Assembly (NCBI GenBank): GCA_964495625.1 | Contig: CAZBWT010000001.1 | Location: 1-50,661 of the forward strand | Length of the DNA: 50,661 nt | Origin: an uncultured Prevotellaceae bacterium | GTDB lineage: Bacteria > Bacteroidota > Bacteroidia > Bacteroidales > UBA3663 | Direction of reading: 5' to 3' | Shown here: positions 37,848 through 47,687 of the stretch, piece by piece | Position numbering within the stretch: position 1 is the first letter of the stretch | Layout: the number at the start of each line of letters is the position of its first letter | Position numbers and translations under genes: made by a program | The notes under the pieces: generated by a model | What the model was told of the DNA's origin: nothing | What the model saw: only the letters and a program-made list of their open reading frames with translations | Database searches by the model: none

Positions 37848-39605
37848 TCACTCCGAGCCCTTTTCGCTGAGCATAGCTTGGATGTCTGCCTCATACTTAT
37901 AGAAGTCGGCGGACTTATATTCGCTGTAGTTTTGCTGCTTGCACAGGTTGATGAGCTTCTTGAACCACTCCATCACCTCGTTGAAGTCGCGGAAGGTGAA
38001 GTTGCGGCGGCAGATGCCGGTCACCAAGTCTAAGATATACTCTTGACGCTCCAGCGGAGTCACAGAGTCCACCTTGTCGAAGGCATCTTGTTGCAGCACC
38101 ACATAATCAATCAGTTCCGACTTCCAGAACACCACGTGATATTCGGTCGGCACACCGTCGTCGCCCAAGATGTTTATCTGTTCGGCAATCTCTTTGCCGC
38201 GCAACAGACGTGTCTTGAGGTCGTTTACCTTGGCAATCCACTCATCGGAAATTAATTCGGAGATATACTTTTGGAACTCAGGATATTCCAGGTATTTAGA
38301 ATAAGAGTCAATCGGGTTCACGGCGGGGTAACGCTTGCGGTCGGCGCGCTCCTGTTCCAGAGCATAGAAGCAGCGAGCCACCTTCTTTGTGTTCTCCGTC
38401 ACAGGCTCCTTCAGGTTACCACCGGCGGGCGACACTGTGCCGATGAAGGTGATAGAACCCTGACCGCCGTTGTTGAGCTGCACATAGCCTGCTCGACCAT
38501 AGAAGTTGCTGATGATTGAAGAGATATCCATCGGGAAGGCATCCGGACCCGGCAACTCCTCCAGTCGGTTGGACATCTCGCGCAGCGCCTGAGCCCAGCG
38601 TGATGTGGAGTCGGCCATCAGCAGCACGCGTAGTCCCATCGAGCGGTAATACTCCGCCATCGTCATAGCCGTGTAGACTGAAGCCTCGCGGGCAGCCACC
38701 GGCATGTTAGATGTGTTGGCAATGATGATGGTGCGCTCCATCAGCGAGCGTCCGGTGTGCGGGTCAATCAGTTCGGGGAACTCGGTGAAAACCTCCACCA
38801 CCTCGTTGGCGCGTTCGCCGCAGGCAGCCATAATCACGATGTCGGCCTCAGCCTGCTTTGAAATGGCATGCTGCAACACCGTCTTGCCCGTGCCGAACGG
38901 ACCGGGAATGAAGCCCGTGCCGCCCTCCACGATGGGGTTCAGCGTGTCGATGGTGCGCACACCCGTCTCGAGCAACTTAAACGGTCTCGGCTTCTCCTTA
39001 TAGAGGGTCACCGGCATCTTCACGGGCCATTTGATGGTCATATCCACCGCCGTTTCGTTGCCCTCACTGTCGAGCAACACGGCAATCGTGTCGAGCACGG
39101 TATATTGTCCGGCGGGGACGATGCTCTTCACCGTGTAAGAGCCTTTCAGTGTGAAAGGCACCATAATCTTGAGCGGCTGGTAGTTCTCTTCCACCTTGCC
39201 CAAGTAGTCGGCAGCCTGCACGGTGTCGCCCACATGCGCCAAGGGTTCAAAATCCCACTTGCGTTCCGTGTCGAGGGGGAAGTTCGACTCGCCGCGCTGC
39301 AAGAACACGCCGTGCAGTTTGTCGAGGTCGTTTTGCAGACCGTCGTAGTTATGCGAAAGCATGCCCGGACCTAACGTCACCTCGAGCATGTGTCCGGTAA
39401 ACTCCACCGGGTCGTCAATCTTGAGTCCGCGGGTGCTTTCAAACACCTGCACGTAGGCATTGCTGCCGGTCACCTTGATGACCTCAGCCATCAGCTGCAC
39501 GCCGGCGGTTGAGATGTAGCAGATCTCGCTCTGTAACACGGGTCCGTCCACCTCCACCGTCACCAGGTTGCTGACAATGCCTTTCACTAATCCTTTTGTT
39601 GACAT
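37848..39605 (-). CDS. ntpA: V-type ATPase catalytic subunit A
   Basis: 585 aa. Walker A GPFGTGKTV. LLMADSTSRWAQALREMS. Typical A-subunit non-homologous insert. Confidence 0.95.
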   Translation of the reverse strand: MSTKGLVKGIVSNLVTVEVDGPVLQSEICYISTAGVQLMAEVIKVTGSNAYVQVFESTRGLKIDDPVEFTGHMLEVTLGPGMLSHNYDGLQNDLDKLHGVFLQRGESNFPLDTERKWDFEPLAHVGDTVQAADYLGKVEENYQPLKIMVPFTLKGSYTVKSIVPAGQYTVLDTIAVLLDSEGNETAVDMTIKWPVKMPVTLYKEKPRPFKLLETGVRTIDTLNPIVEGGTGFIPGPFGTGKTVLQHAISKQAEADIVIMAACGERANEVVEVFTEFPELIDPHTGRSLMERTIIIANTSNMPVAAREASVYTAMTMAEYYRSMGLRVLLMADSTSRWAQALREMSNRLEELPGPDAFPMDISSIISNFYGRAGYVQLNNGGQGSITFIGTVSPAGGNLKEPVTENTKKVARCFYALEQERADRKRYPAVNPIDSYSKYLEYPEFQKYISELISDEWIAKVNDLKTRLLRGKEIAEQINILGDDGVPTEYHVVFWKSELIDYVVLQQDAFDKVDSVTPLERQEYILDLVTGICRRNFTFRDFNEVMEWFKKLINLCKQQNYSEYKSADFYKYEADIQAMLSEKGSE

Positions 39606-39706
39606 ATATTTGTTTCTTTAGTTGCTGTGTGATTATTGTGCAAGACGCTATGCGCCAATGCTTAGCGCACCAATATTATTGCTGAAGCTTTTGTAACGCA
39701 CCCTGC

Positions 39707-40585
39707 TTACTGCTGATGCTCTTGCAACGCTCCTTGCTTCAAGGCTTCCACCATTTGGCGCAGTTTAGCCTCGCCGGCAGCTTCGTCCAGGCGTTGCCAA
39801 CGGCGTATGATGTCGGTCTGTACCAAAAAGACAAAGATTCGCTCAATGCCGAAGTGGCAAAGCGCTGTGGCATCGTCAAGATGCTGCCAGCGCAGAGCGT
39901 CGAGCCGGCGCTCTTTCTCCACCGCGTCAGTGCCTGCGGCAATCTGCATCACGGTGTCGAAGTCCTCGAAGTCGGCGGCAGACAAGCCCCAATTAGCTGC
40001 GTGCGACGTGCGCAGTGCTCCTGCCACATCGTCGGTGCCGATGATGTAAGGCTTGGGGTCGATGTTCAAGCGGCGGCAACTGTGAGCCGTGAGCAGGTTG
40101 CCCACGTTGCGCTCGTAGCTGAACCACTCGGCAATCACCTTGTTGCGGCATGCTGAGGCTTGCCGATAATAACGCTCTGACAGTTGACTCAGCGCAAAGC
40201 GTGAGGCAAGGTCGGCAGCAGCCTCGTCGGCTCTGTCGGCAAGTCGTTCGGGTTGGAAATAGCCCACCAAAAAGTCCGTCATGTAGTGGGGAAGCCCCGT
40301 CTCGGCATCACTGCCTGCCCGGCGCACCTCGGCAATGGCTGCGCTCAGCGTCTCACGACTGTAGAGACCTGCGGCATCCCACATCGGTTCGCTCCCTTCG
40401 CGGGCGGTGAGCAGCGCCAAGAGATTGGCATTGTCGTGCTTCAGCAGGTACAGCTCCAACAGCCGTCGGTCGCTCTCGGTCACCCGCGCCAACAGCTCCT
40501 CAATCACCTCTTGCGGGGTCATAGAAACTTGGCGGTCGCCGATGCTGATGTCGGGCAGTCCGGCTATCAGATAATAATAATTCAT
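39707..40585 (-). CDS. DUF2764-family protein (presumed V-ATPase C/d-like subunit)
   Basis: 292 aa. N-terminus MNYYYLIAGLPDI typical of DUF2764 as I recall it. Fixed position between E and A in Bacteroidota V-ATPase operons. Confidence 0.65.
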   Translation of the reverse strand: MNYYYLIAGLPDISIGDRQVSMTPQEVIEELLARVTESDRRLLELYLLKHDNANLLALLTAREGSEPMWDAAGLYSRETLSAAIAEVRRAGSDAETGLPHYMTDFLVGYFQPERLADRADEAAADLASRFALSQLSERYYRQASACRNKVIAEWFSYERNVGNLLTAHSCRRLNIDPKPYIIGTDDVAGALRTSHAANWGLSAADFEDFDTVMQIAAGTDAVEKERRLDALRWQHLDDATALCHFGIERIFVFLVQTDIIRRWQRLDEAAGEAKLRQMVEALKQGALQEHQQ

Positions 40586-40597
40586 GGGCGTGTGGAT

Positions 40598-41191
40598 TTA
40601 CTTATAAAGCATCTCTGCTAATGCCGGGCGGAGGAAGTCGCGAAACAGCTCCTCAAACTCATTCTCGCCGAAGACAATCTTATAGGCTCCGTCGGCGGGT
40701 GCCACGGTGAAGGCATGCTTCAGCCCGTTTACCTCTTCCACCTTTATGCCCTTGTCGAGCAGAGCTTTGGCTTTGGTGGCGAAATAAGCGCGCAGCGCCT
40801 TGGCATCGTCGGTGCCAATCACAAGCTCTTCCTTCTCGCTCCAGGTGCTCACCAAGCGCAAAATCACCTCTTGCAGGAACTTTGTGTCTGCCACCGTCGC
40901 CTCGGCAGCCTCGCGGCTGGTGGTGTTGGTGATGGCGGTGGTCACAGCCGCCTTGATGGCTTCAACCGTCTGTCCGGCATAGAGCTTTAGTTCGTTCACC
41001 GTGTTGCTCTTCAGTTCGTCTTGTTCCTTGCGGGCGTTGCTCAGCAGCGCTTCAGCTTCGGCTTTGGCCTGTGCCACAATCTTGGCGGCATTTTGCTTCG
41101 CTTCGTTGACGATCACCTCGGCCTGAGCGTTGCCTTTAGCCACGCCCTCGTTATACAGGAGGTCAGTAAGTTCTTGTATTTGATTTTCCAT
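40598..41191 (-). CDS. ntpE: V-type ATPase subunit E
   Basis: Start moved from TTG 41230 to the first ATG at 41191 (MENQIQELTDLL...), giving 197 aa. Long N-terminal Ala/Lys/Glu helix. First gene of the operon. Confidence 0.75.
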   Translation of the reverse strand: MENQIQELTDLLYNEGVAKGNAQAEVIVNEAKQNAAKIVAQAKAEAEALLSNARKEQDELKSNTVNELKLYAGQTVEAIKAAVTTAITNTTSREAAEATVADTKFLQEVILRLVSTWSEKEELVIGTDDAKALRAYFATKAKALLDKGIKVEEVNGLKHAFTVAPADGAYKIVFGENEFEELFRDFLRPALAEMLYK

Positions 41192-41210
41192 ATATATATA
41201 TATATTATAT
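41190..41210. repeat. (AT)8 dinucleotide run plus tatat, abutting the ntpE start codon
   Basis: Pure A/T stretch 41190-41210. The ATG complement is at 41189-41191. Confidence 0.95.
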
Positions 41211-41270
41211 GTGTAGGTTTTGTGTGCCAATCGTGTGTGTCATTGCCGCCGGTCGGCGGCTTAACCGTCA

Positions 41271-41300
41271 CAAAGATAACCTCTTTGGTGAGGCTACAAA
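41271..41300 (-). promoter_or_regulatory. Promoter TTTG-N18-TATCTTTG (V-ATPase operon)
   Basis: Plus strand reads caaagata at 41271-41278 and caaa at 41297-41300. ~75-nt leader to ATG 41191. Confidence 0.65.
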
Positions 41301-41426
41301 ATAAAAACTCAGGAAAATCATTTGTTCAATTCAACAAACCGCCGCAAGCCTTCACTCAAATCTTAAAAATGCCACTTCGCACCCCGTTGCAAACCTTTCG
41401 TTCGGCATAGCGTTGACACTATAACT

Positions 41427-43670
41427 ATGTTCCGAACGCATTGTCGCCTGCTGTTGAGCCTCTTGTGCTGCACACTGCTCACTGCCCCGCTCCCTGCTGC
41501 CGAAGTCGGTGGTGGCGAGGTGGCGGCGGGTGCGCAGCAGCGCGTAGCTGTGGTGTTGAGTGGGGGAGGAGCCAAAGGCATAGCGCACATCGGGCTGTTG
41601 CAGGCATTAGAAGAAAACGACATCCCCATAGACTGCATAGCCGGCACCTCCATCGGTGCTGTGGTTGGTGCGCTCTATGCCGCCGGTCTTTCGCCCCAAG
41701 AGATGATGCACTTGGTGTGCAGTCCCGACTTCGCCGTGTGGCAAACCGGAGTCATCCCCGACGAGCAGCGCGAATACTACCGCCGTGCCGCCTTTCGCTT
41801 CAAGAGCTTCCGCTACAAGTGGCACATCGACGGTCCCTCGGCACTCAGTCCGCTGCTGTCGCGCACCACACTCATCGACCCCTCGGCAATGAAGTGGGGA
41901 GTGATGGAGGTCTATAGTGCTGCCGAGTTGGCTGCCGCCGGGCAGTTCGACAGCCTCTTCGTGCCCTTCCGCGCCGTTGCCTCAGATGTCTGTGCCAAGC
42001 GGGCGCAGGTGTTTCGGTCGGGCAACTTAGGCGAGTCGGTGCGTGCCTCGATGGCATTCCCCTTCGTCTTCCAAGCCCCCGAAGTCGATGGGGTGCGTTA
42101 CTACGACGGAGGCATCTACAACAACTTCCCGGTCGATGTGGCGCAGCGCGAGTTCGCCCCCTCTTTTGTCATTGGCTGTGTGGTGGCTGATAACCCCGAG
42201 TGCCCCGCCGACGGCGACCTCATCGGGCAGTTAGAGCAGATGGTGGTGCAGCGCACCGACTATCACATTGCCGACACCTTAGGTGTGTGCATCAGCATCC
42301 TGCAACCCGACGTGGGGCTGTTAGACTTTCGTCGAGCCGAGCGCATCTACTCCGTGGGCTACGAGGCGGGGCTGCGTTATGCCGACAGCATCCGCTCGCG
42401 CCTCCCCGCCACGCTCACCCGTCAGGCAGCCGTGGTGGAACGTCGGCGGCGCAGCTATCGTTTGTCGTTGCCCCCATTTGACATCAGCGCTGTGCACGTC
42501 ACGGGGGTAACCCCGGCGCAACACACTTTCGTGATGCGCCACTTCGCGCACCCGGCACTCGCCTCGCTGCGCAGCGGCTACTATCGCTTGGCTGCCGACG
42601 ACCGCATCACCGACCTCACCCTGCGCCGCACCACCGATAGCCTCCACCGTCAGCACCTCCACGTGGGCATGCGCGTGCGCCGACACTTAGACCTCCGCCT
42701 GGGCGGACTCCTCACCACCCTGCGTCACAGCCGACTCTACCTCGGGGCGGGCTATCGCAGCCTGCACAGCTTTGCCGGCAATGCCGACATCGACGTGCAG
42801 CTTGGCGAGAGCTACCGCAGCGCGTTAGCTACCCTGCGCGCCGAGGTGCCCACCCGCTACCCCTTCGTAGCCACGTGGCGCGTGGGGTGGAATGAGCAAC
42901 GCTATGCCCGCCGCGACTTCATCTTGCCCGCAGGACTAACAACCACACCGTTGCCGCCGGCGGTGCTGAGGCGGGAGTCGGTCGTCAGTGAGTGGGCGGT
43001 GGAACTGCCTGTGGGACACCATGGCTTGTGGCGACCGCAGCTCGCCCTTGAGCAGCGCGACTACGTTGCCGCGGCGCGACTGCTGCGCTTTGGCTGCGAC
43101 TTCCGATGCGGACAGATCCCTCCCGGCACCTATGCCACGCGGGGATACGACCTGCACCTCGCTCTGCTGCGTCACGCCGAGTCGGGTAGGGACGGGTGGA
43201 ACAGCGCCACGCTCAGTGCGGTGCGCTATTGGGCGGTGGCGCGTCGCTTCAGTGTGGGCACCGCCCTCGAAGCCGTGTGGAGCAACCTGTCTCGCAGTTC
43301 AGACCCTTGGCGCACGTGGGCGGTGGCACCCGAGTTCCGCCCCTACGGTCACGCTTCGCAGCTCTGTTATGCCGCCCTGCGAGCCCGCCGCTACCTCGCC
43401 CCCGGGCTAAGCCCCGTGCTGCGCTTGGGCAGCCGCGGGCAGTTGCGGCTCGACGTGCATGCCTTTGTGCCGGCGGGAAGGGGGGCGGTGCTGTTGCCCG
43501 CAGCCACCCGCAGCCCCATGTGGGTGGGCGACCTCAGTGTGCTGATTCAAACCGTGCCTGCCGACTGTGTGGCATTCCTCCACCTTGGCGGGCAGCGCGG
43601 CTCCACCACCACCTTCGCGGTGGGCTTCCGCATAGGCTTTTTGCAGCCCGACAAGCTCTTTCGCCTTTGA
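41427..43670 (+). CDS. Patatin-like phospholipase with long Arg-rich C-terminal domain (possible beta-barrel)
   Basis: 747 aa. Signal peptide. Oxyanion SGGGAKG. Nucleophile GTSIG. Catalytic YYDGGIY (DGG). About 450 further residues with alternating-pattern segments. Confidence 0.8.
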   Translation: MFRTHCRLLLSLLCCTLLTAPLPAAEVGGGEVAAGAQQRVAVVLSGGGAKGIAHIGLLQALEENDIPIDCIAGTSIGAVVGALYAAGLSPQEMMHLVCSPDFAVWQTGVIPDEQREYYRRAAFRFKSFRYKWHIDGPSALSPLLSRTTLIDPSAMKWGVMEVYSAAELAAAGQFDSLFVPFRAVASDVCAKRAQVFRSGNLGESVRASMAFPFVFQAPEVDGVRYYDGGIYNNFPVDVAQREFAPSFVIGCVVADNPECPADGDLIGQLEQMVVQRTDYHIADTLGVCISILQPDVGLLDFRRAERIYSVGYEAGLRYADSIRSRLPATLTRQAAVVERRRRSYRLSLPPFDISAVHVTGVTPAQHTFVMRHFAHPALASLRSGYYRLAADDRITDLTLRRTTDSLHRQHLHVGMRVRRHLDLRLGGLLTTLRHSRLYLGAGYRSLHSFAGNADIDVQLGESYRSALATLRAEVPTRYPFVATWRVGWNEQRYARRDFILPAGLTTTPLPPAVLRRESVVSEWAVELPVGHHGLWRPQLALEQRDYVAAARLLRFGCDFRCGQIPPGTYATRGYDLHLALLRHAESGRDGWNSATLSAVRYWAVARRFSVGTALEAVWSNLSRSSDPWRTWAVAPEFRPYGHASQLCYAALRARRYLAPGLSPVLRLGSRGQLRLDVHAFVPAGRGAVLLPAATRSPMWVGDLSVLIQTVPADCVAFLHLGGQRGSTTTFAVGFRIGFLQPDKLFRL

Positions 43671-43900
43671 AATGTCGGGCTGAAAACTCCGGTTGCACAA
43701 CCAGGTGTGCAAAGTAGCACAATATTTCTGCTTACTGCACATTGCTAAATCGGTTTGCGTAACGGATTGTACTCACACTTTTTTGCTCTTTTCTCGCCGA
43801 TTTTGTTCATAAAATGATAGAAAATGAAACAAAGTTGCGCACAAAACGCGCAAAACATCAAAAAAAATGTGAGGTTTCTTGCTTGGCGCAAAAGAATACA

Positions 43901-43908
43901 TATCTTTG
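43901..43908 (+). promoter_or_regulatory. -7 box TATCTTTG (pfp)
   Basis: Exact TAnnTTTG. 48 nt before ATG 43957. Confidence 0.6.
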
Positions 43909-43956
43909 CGCTATCTTTAACCAATTAAGATACCTTTTAATATAACATAAATACAC

Positions 43957-45609
43957 ATGAATAAAAGTGCATTGCAGATCTGCCGCGCTGCCTACCAACC
44001 CAAGTTGCCGAAGGCTTTGCGCGGTGCGGTGAAAGTGATTGAAGGAGCCCCGACACAATCAGTGGACGATCAGGCTGAAATCGAGAAGTTGTTCCCCAAC
44101 ACGTATGGTATGCCGTACCTCCACTTTGAGTCGGAGACGGGCGATGCCGCAAACACAAACAACGAAGTTATTAACTGCGGCGTTATCCTCTCGGGCGGTC
44201 AAGCTCCCGGTGGACACAACGTCATAGCCGGTCTTTTTGACGGACTCAAGAAGTTGAACCCCGCCAACCGCCTCTATGGTTTCCTTTTAGGTCCCGGCGG
44301 ATTGGTCGATCATAAATATACCGAGCTCACAGCCGACGTTATCGACGACTATCGCAACACCGGCGGCTTTGACATCATTGGTTCAGGTCGCACCAAGCTC
44401 GAAACGAAAGAGCAGTTTGACAAGGGTTTGGAGATCTTGAAGGAACTCAACATTAGGGCACTCGTCATCATTGGTGGCGACGACTCAAACACCAACGCAT
44501 GCGTGTTGGCAGAATATTATAAGTCCATCAACGCCGGAGTGCAGGTGATTGGTTGCCCCAAGACCATCGACGGCGACTTGAAGAACAGCGAAATCGAGAC
44601 CTCATTCGGATTCGACACCGCCACCAAGGTCTATAGCGAAGTGATTGGCAACATCGAACGCGACTGCAACTCAGCCAAGAAATACTGGCACTTCATCAAG
44701 TTGATGGGTCGTTCTGCATCACACATCGCTGTGGAGTGTGGTTTGCAGACGCAGCCCAACATCTGCATCGTGTCAGAAGAGGTTGAGGCAAGAGACTACA
44801 CCCTCGACGACCTTGCCACCGAGATTTCTCGTGTCGTAGCCGCTCGTGCCGAGAAGGGCTGGAACTTCGGCACCATCTTGATTCCCGAAGGCTTGATTGA
44901 GTTCATCCCCTCTGTGAAGCGCCTCATTGCCGAGCTCAACGACCTCTTGGCTCTTCACCCCGAGCAGTTTGAAGGTCTTAATCCTGAAGAAAAGATCTCG
45001 CTCGTCAAGAAGCTACTCTCTGTCAAGAACCTTGCAACATTCGAGTCGTTGCCAGACACTGTGGCACGCCAGTTGGCACTCGAGCGCGACCCCCACGGCA
45101 ACGTGCAGGTGTCGCTCATCGAAACCGAGCAGCTCCTTGCCGAGCTCACAGCCAAGAAGCTTGAACAGTGGAAGTCTGAAGGCTTGTATAAAGGGAAGTT
45201 CGCCACGCAGCACCACTTCTTCGGTTACGAAGGTCGCTGCGCCGCTCCCTCAAACTTCGATGCCGACTATTGCTACTCACTCGGCTTCACCGCTTCGCTC
45301 CTCATCAAGAGCGGACGCACGGGCTATATGGCATCGGTGAAGAACACCGTAGCTAATGCCGACGAATGGATGGCAGGCGGTGTGCCCATCACCACCATGA
45401 TGAACATCGAGAAGCGCAACGGCAAGCTCAAACCCGTCATCCGCAAGGCGCTCGTTGACCTCAACGGAGCTCCCTTCCGCGAGTTAGTGAGCCACCGCGA
45501 AGAGTGGGCACTCAACACCTGCTTCGTCTATCCCGGTCCCATCCAGTACTTCGGTCCCTCGGAGGTCTGCGACCGTCCGACGCGCACCCTTCAGTTAGAA
45601 CATCAGTAA
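43957..45609 (+). CDS. pfp: Diphosphate--fructose-6-phosphate 1-phosphotransferase (PPi-PFK)
   Basis: 550 aa. IGGDDSNTNA (Asp where ATP-PFKs have Gly) and PKTIDGDLK (Lys), the classical PPi-specificity pair. Confidence 0.9.
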   Translation: MNKSALQICRAAYQPKLPKALRGAVKVIEGAPTQSVDDQAEIEKLFPNTYGMPYLHFESETGDAANTNNEVINCGVILSGGQAPGGHNVIAGLFDGLKKLNPANRLYGFLLGPGGLVDHKYTELTADVIDDYRNTGGFDIIGSGRTKLETKEQFDKGLEILKELNIRALVIIGGDDSNTNACVLAEYYKSINAGVQVIGCPKTIDGDLKNSEIETSFGFDTATKVYSEVIGNIERDCNSAKKYWHFIKLMGRSASHIAVECGLQTQPNICIVSEEVEARDYTLDDLATEISRVVAARAEKGWNFGTILIPEGLIEFIPSVKRLIAELNDLLALHPEQFEGLNPEEKISLVKKLLSVKNLATFESLPDTVARQLALERDPHGNVQVSLIETEQLLAELTAKKLEQWKSEGLYKGKFATQHHFFGYEGRCAAPSNFDADYCYSLGFTASLLIKSGRTGYMASVKNTVANADEWMAGGVPITTMMNIEKRNGKLKPVIRKALVDLNGAPFRELVSHREEWALNTCFVYPGPIQYFGPSEVCDRPTRTLQLEHQ

Positions 45610-45660
45610 TCTCCGGGCTGTCATCATCCCAACCGACACCCGCCGACAACGTTAACACAA

Positions 45661-45700
45661 AAGCGCCACCCCGCCTGTCAAAGTGTGGGGCGGCGCTTTT
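45661..45700 (+). terminator. Rho-independent terminator after pfp
   Basis: Stem aagcgcc-a-cccc / gggg-c-ggcgctt (one mismatch) followed by tttt. Confidence 0.7.
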
Positions 45701-45773
45701 AAAATAGCCGTTGCGGCACACACACAGACATACACACACCTAACCAATCCAACCATAACCAATCCTATCCACT

Positions 45774-46448
45774 ATGAGCATGACTGTTGACTTCTGTCTC
45801 CGCCTGCTGTTGGCGGGCACCCTTGGTGCCATAGTCGGTCTCGACCGCGAATATCGCGCCAAAGAGGCGGGCTATCGCACCCACTTCCTTGTCTCATTAG
45901 GCAGTGCACTGATGATGATCGTGTCGCAATACGGCTTCATGGACGTGCTGCAAACCGATGGCGTACAGATACGTCTCGACCCCGCCCGCATCGCTGCACA
46001 GGTCGTCACCGGCATTGGTTTCATCGGAGCCGGCACCATCATCTTCCAGCGGCAAATAGTGCGTGGGCTCACCACAGCTGCCGGCATCTGGGCCACCTCG
46101 GGCATCGGTCTGGCAGTGGGTGCAGGCATGTATGTGTTGGGCATCTCCGCCACCCTCTTGACGCTGGTTGGCTTGGAAGTGCTGAGCTACTTTTTTAAGA
46201 GCCTCGGCATGCGCAGCTCCTTGGTGGAATTCAGCACCGCGCGCAAAGAAACCTTGGGGCTATTGGCTAAAAAGTTCAATACCAAAGACTACCACGTCGT
46301 GTCATACGAGATGGACGAGCGCACCTTGGGCGACGTGAAAAGCTACCACGTCACCATGGTCATCAAAAGCAAAAAGCGGCACGACGAAGACATGCTACTC
46401 TCACTTTTGCAAGACTATCACGACATCACAGTGCACCGATTAGAGTGA
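45774..46448 (+). CDS. mgtC: MgtC/SapB family membrane protein
   Basis: 224 aa. GLDREYRAKEAGYRTHFLVSLGSAL and TGIGFIGAGTI motifs. Soluble C-terminal domain. Confidence 0.85.
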   Translation: MSMTVDFCLRLLLAGTLGAIVGLDREYRAKEAGYRTHFLVSLGSALMMIVSQYGFMDVLQTDGVQIRLDPARIAAQVVTGIGFIGAGTIIFQRQIVRGLTTAAGIWATSGIGLAVGAGMYVLGISATLLTLVGLEVLSYFFKSLGMRSSLVEFSTARKETLGLLAKKFNTKDYHVVSYEMDERTLGDVKSYHVTMVIKSKKRHDEDMLLSLLQDYHDITVHRLE

Positions 46449-46509
46449 TTTTTACCCGGTTCAGACATTTTATCATTCACCAAACGATACGACTTAGCCG
46501 TAAAGTATT

Positions 46510-46517
46510 TATCTTTG
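46510..46517 (+). promoter_or_regulatory. -7 box TATCTTTG (ilvE-kdsC-maf-ruvC block)
   Basis: Exact TAnnTTTG. 57 nt before ATG 46575. Confidence 0.6.
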
Positions 46518-46574
46518 CCCGGCTTGAAAACATCATAACACTACTAATCGTTAACATCAAAATACCAAAATTAT

Positions 46575-47597
46575 ATGGATAAGCAGATAGATTGGGCTAA
46601 TTTGTCCTTTGGTTATCGCAAGACGGACTACAACGTTCGCTGCACGTTCAAAGACGGAAAGTGGGGCGAACTTCGCGTGTCTGATTCCGAAGAAGTAAGT
46701 ATGCACATGGCTGCCACCGCACTCCACTACGGTCAGGCAGGTTTTGAAGGTTTGAAGGCATTCCGCGGACGTGACGGCAAGATCCGTGTCTTCCGCATGG
46801 ACGAAAATGCCAAGCGCCTGCAAAGCACCTGCGAAGGCATCATGATGGCTCCGCTCCCCGACGGTCTCTTTGAAGAGGCTGTGCGCAAGGTTGTTGAACT
46901 TAATGCTGACTACGTGCCGCCCTACGAGTCGGGCGCATCGCTCTACATCCGCCCCGTGCTCTTCGGCACCGGCGCTCAGGTGGGTGTGCATCCTGCCGAC
47001 CAATATGAATTCATCGTCTTCGCCATGCCTGTTGGCGCATACTTCAAAGACGGCTTCCACGCCACACCTTGTTGCATACTCCGTCACTACGACCGTGCAG
47101 CTCCCTACGGCACAGGTCGTTGGAAGGTGGGTGGCAACTATGCAGCCAGCCTCACCGCCGGCATGAAGGCGCATGAGATGGGCTACAGCGCTGTGGTCTA
47201 CCTCGACGCACGCTCCAAGAAGTTCATCGACGAATGTGGTCCCGCCAACTTCTTTGGCATCGAAGGCAACACCTACGTCACTCCTAAGAGCGAGAGCATC
47301 CTGCCCTCCATCACCAACAAGAGCTTGATGCAACTTGCCGAGGACCTTGGCATGAAGGTAGAACAGCGCCCCATGCCCATCGAAGAGCTCAACCAGCTCG
47401 ACGAAGCCGGCATGTGTGGCACGGCAGCCGTCATCGCCCCCATTTCGCACATCGATGACCTCGACGAGAAGACCACCTATAAGATTCTCGACAGCCACGA
47501 ACCCGGTCCCGTCTGCACGAAGCTCTACCACACGCTGCGTGGCATACAGTACGGCGACATAGAAGACAAGCATGGCTGGGTGACCATCATCAAATAA
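46575..47597 (+). CDS. ilvE: Branched-chain-amino-acid aminotransferase
   Basis: 340 aa. HYGQAGFEGLKAFR, LYIRPVLFGTG and GRWKVGGNYAASL (PLP-Lys region). Confidence 0.92.
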   Translation: MDKQIDWANLSFGYRKTDYNVRCTFKDGKWGELRVSDSEEVSMHMAATALHYGQAGFEGLKAFRGRDGKIRVFRMDENAKRLQSTCEGIMMAPLPDGLFEEAVRKVVELNADYVPPYESGASLYIRPVLFGTGAQVGVHPADQYEFIVFAMPVGAYFKDGFHATPCCILRHYDRAAPYGTGRWKVGGNYAASLTAGMKAHEMGYSAVVYLDARSKKFIDECGPANFFGIEGNTYVTPKSESILPSITNKSLMQLAEDLGMKVEQRPMPIEELNQLDEAGMCGTAAVIAPISHIDDLDEKTTYKILDSHEPGPVCTKLYHTLRGIQYGDIEDKHGWVTIIK

Positions 47598-47687
47598 ACA
47601 TCATCCACACCCACACACACAGCAGGGACGCTCTGCCCACCCGAGCACGCAGCGCCCCTGCTTCTTTCACCCCAAACCGACAGCCCT

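Noticed and set aside
41441-43742. Several 110-173-aa alternative-frame ORFs on both strands inside the patatin gene (e.g. 41441-41917, 42988-43410, 43196-43717, 43407-43742).
   Set aside because: They are Arg/Pro/Ala-rich products expected from stop-codon depletion in very GC-rich DNA. Only the 41427-43670 frame contains the patatin catalytic motifs and a signal peptide.
46557-47573. 338-aa ORF antisense to ilvE.
   Set aside because: Same codon-aligned antisense geometry: 46575 and 47571 are both congruent to 0 mod 3. The sense strand is an unmistakable branched-chain aminotransferase. The antisense product has no recognisable features.
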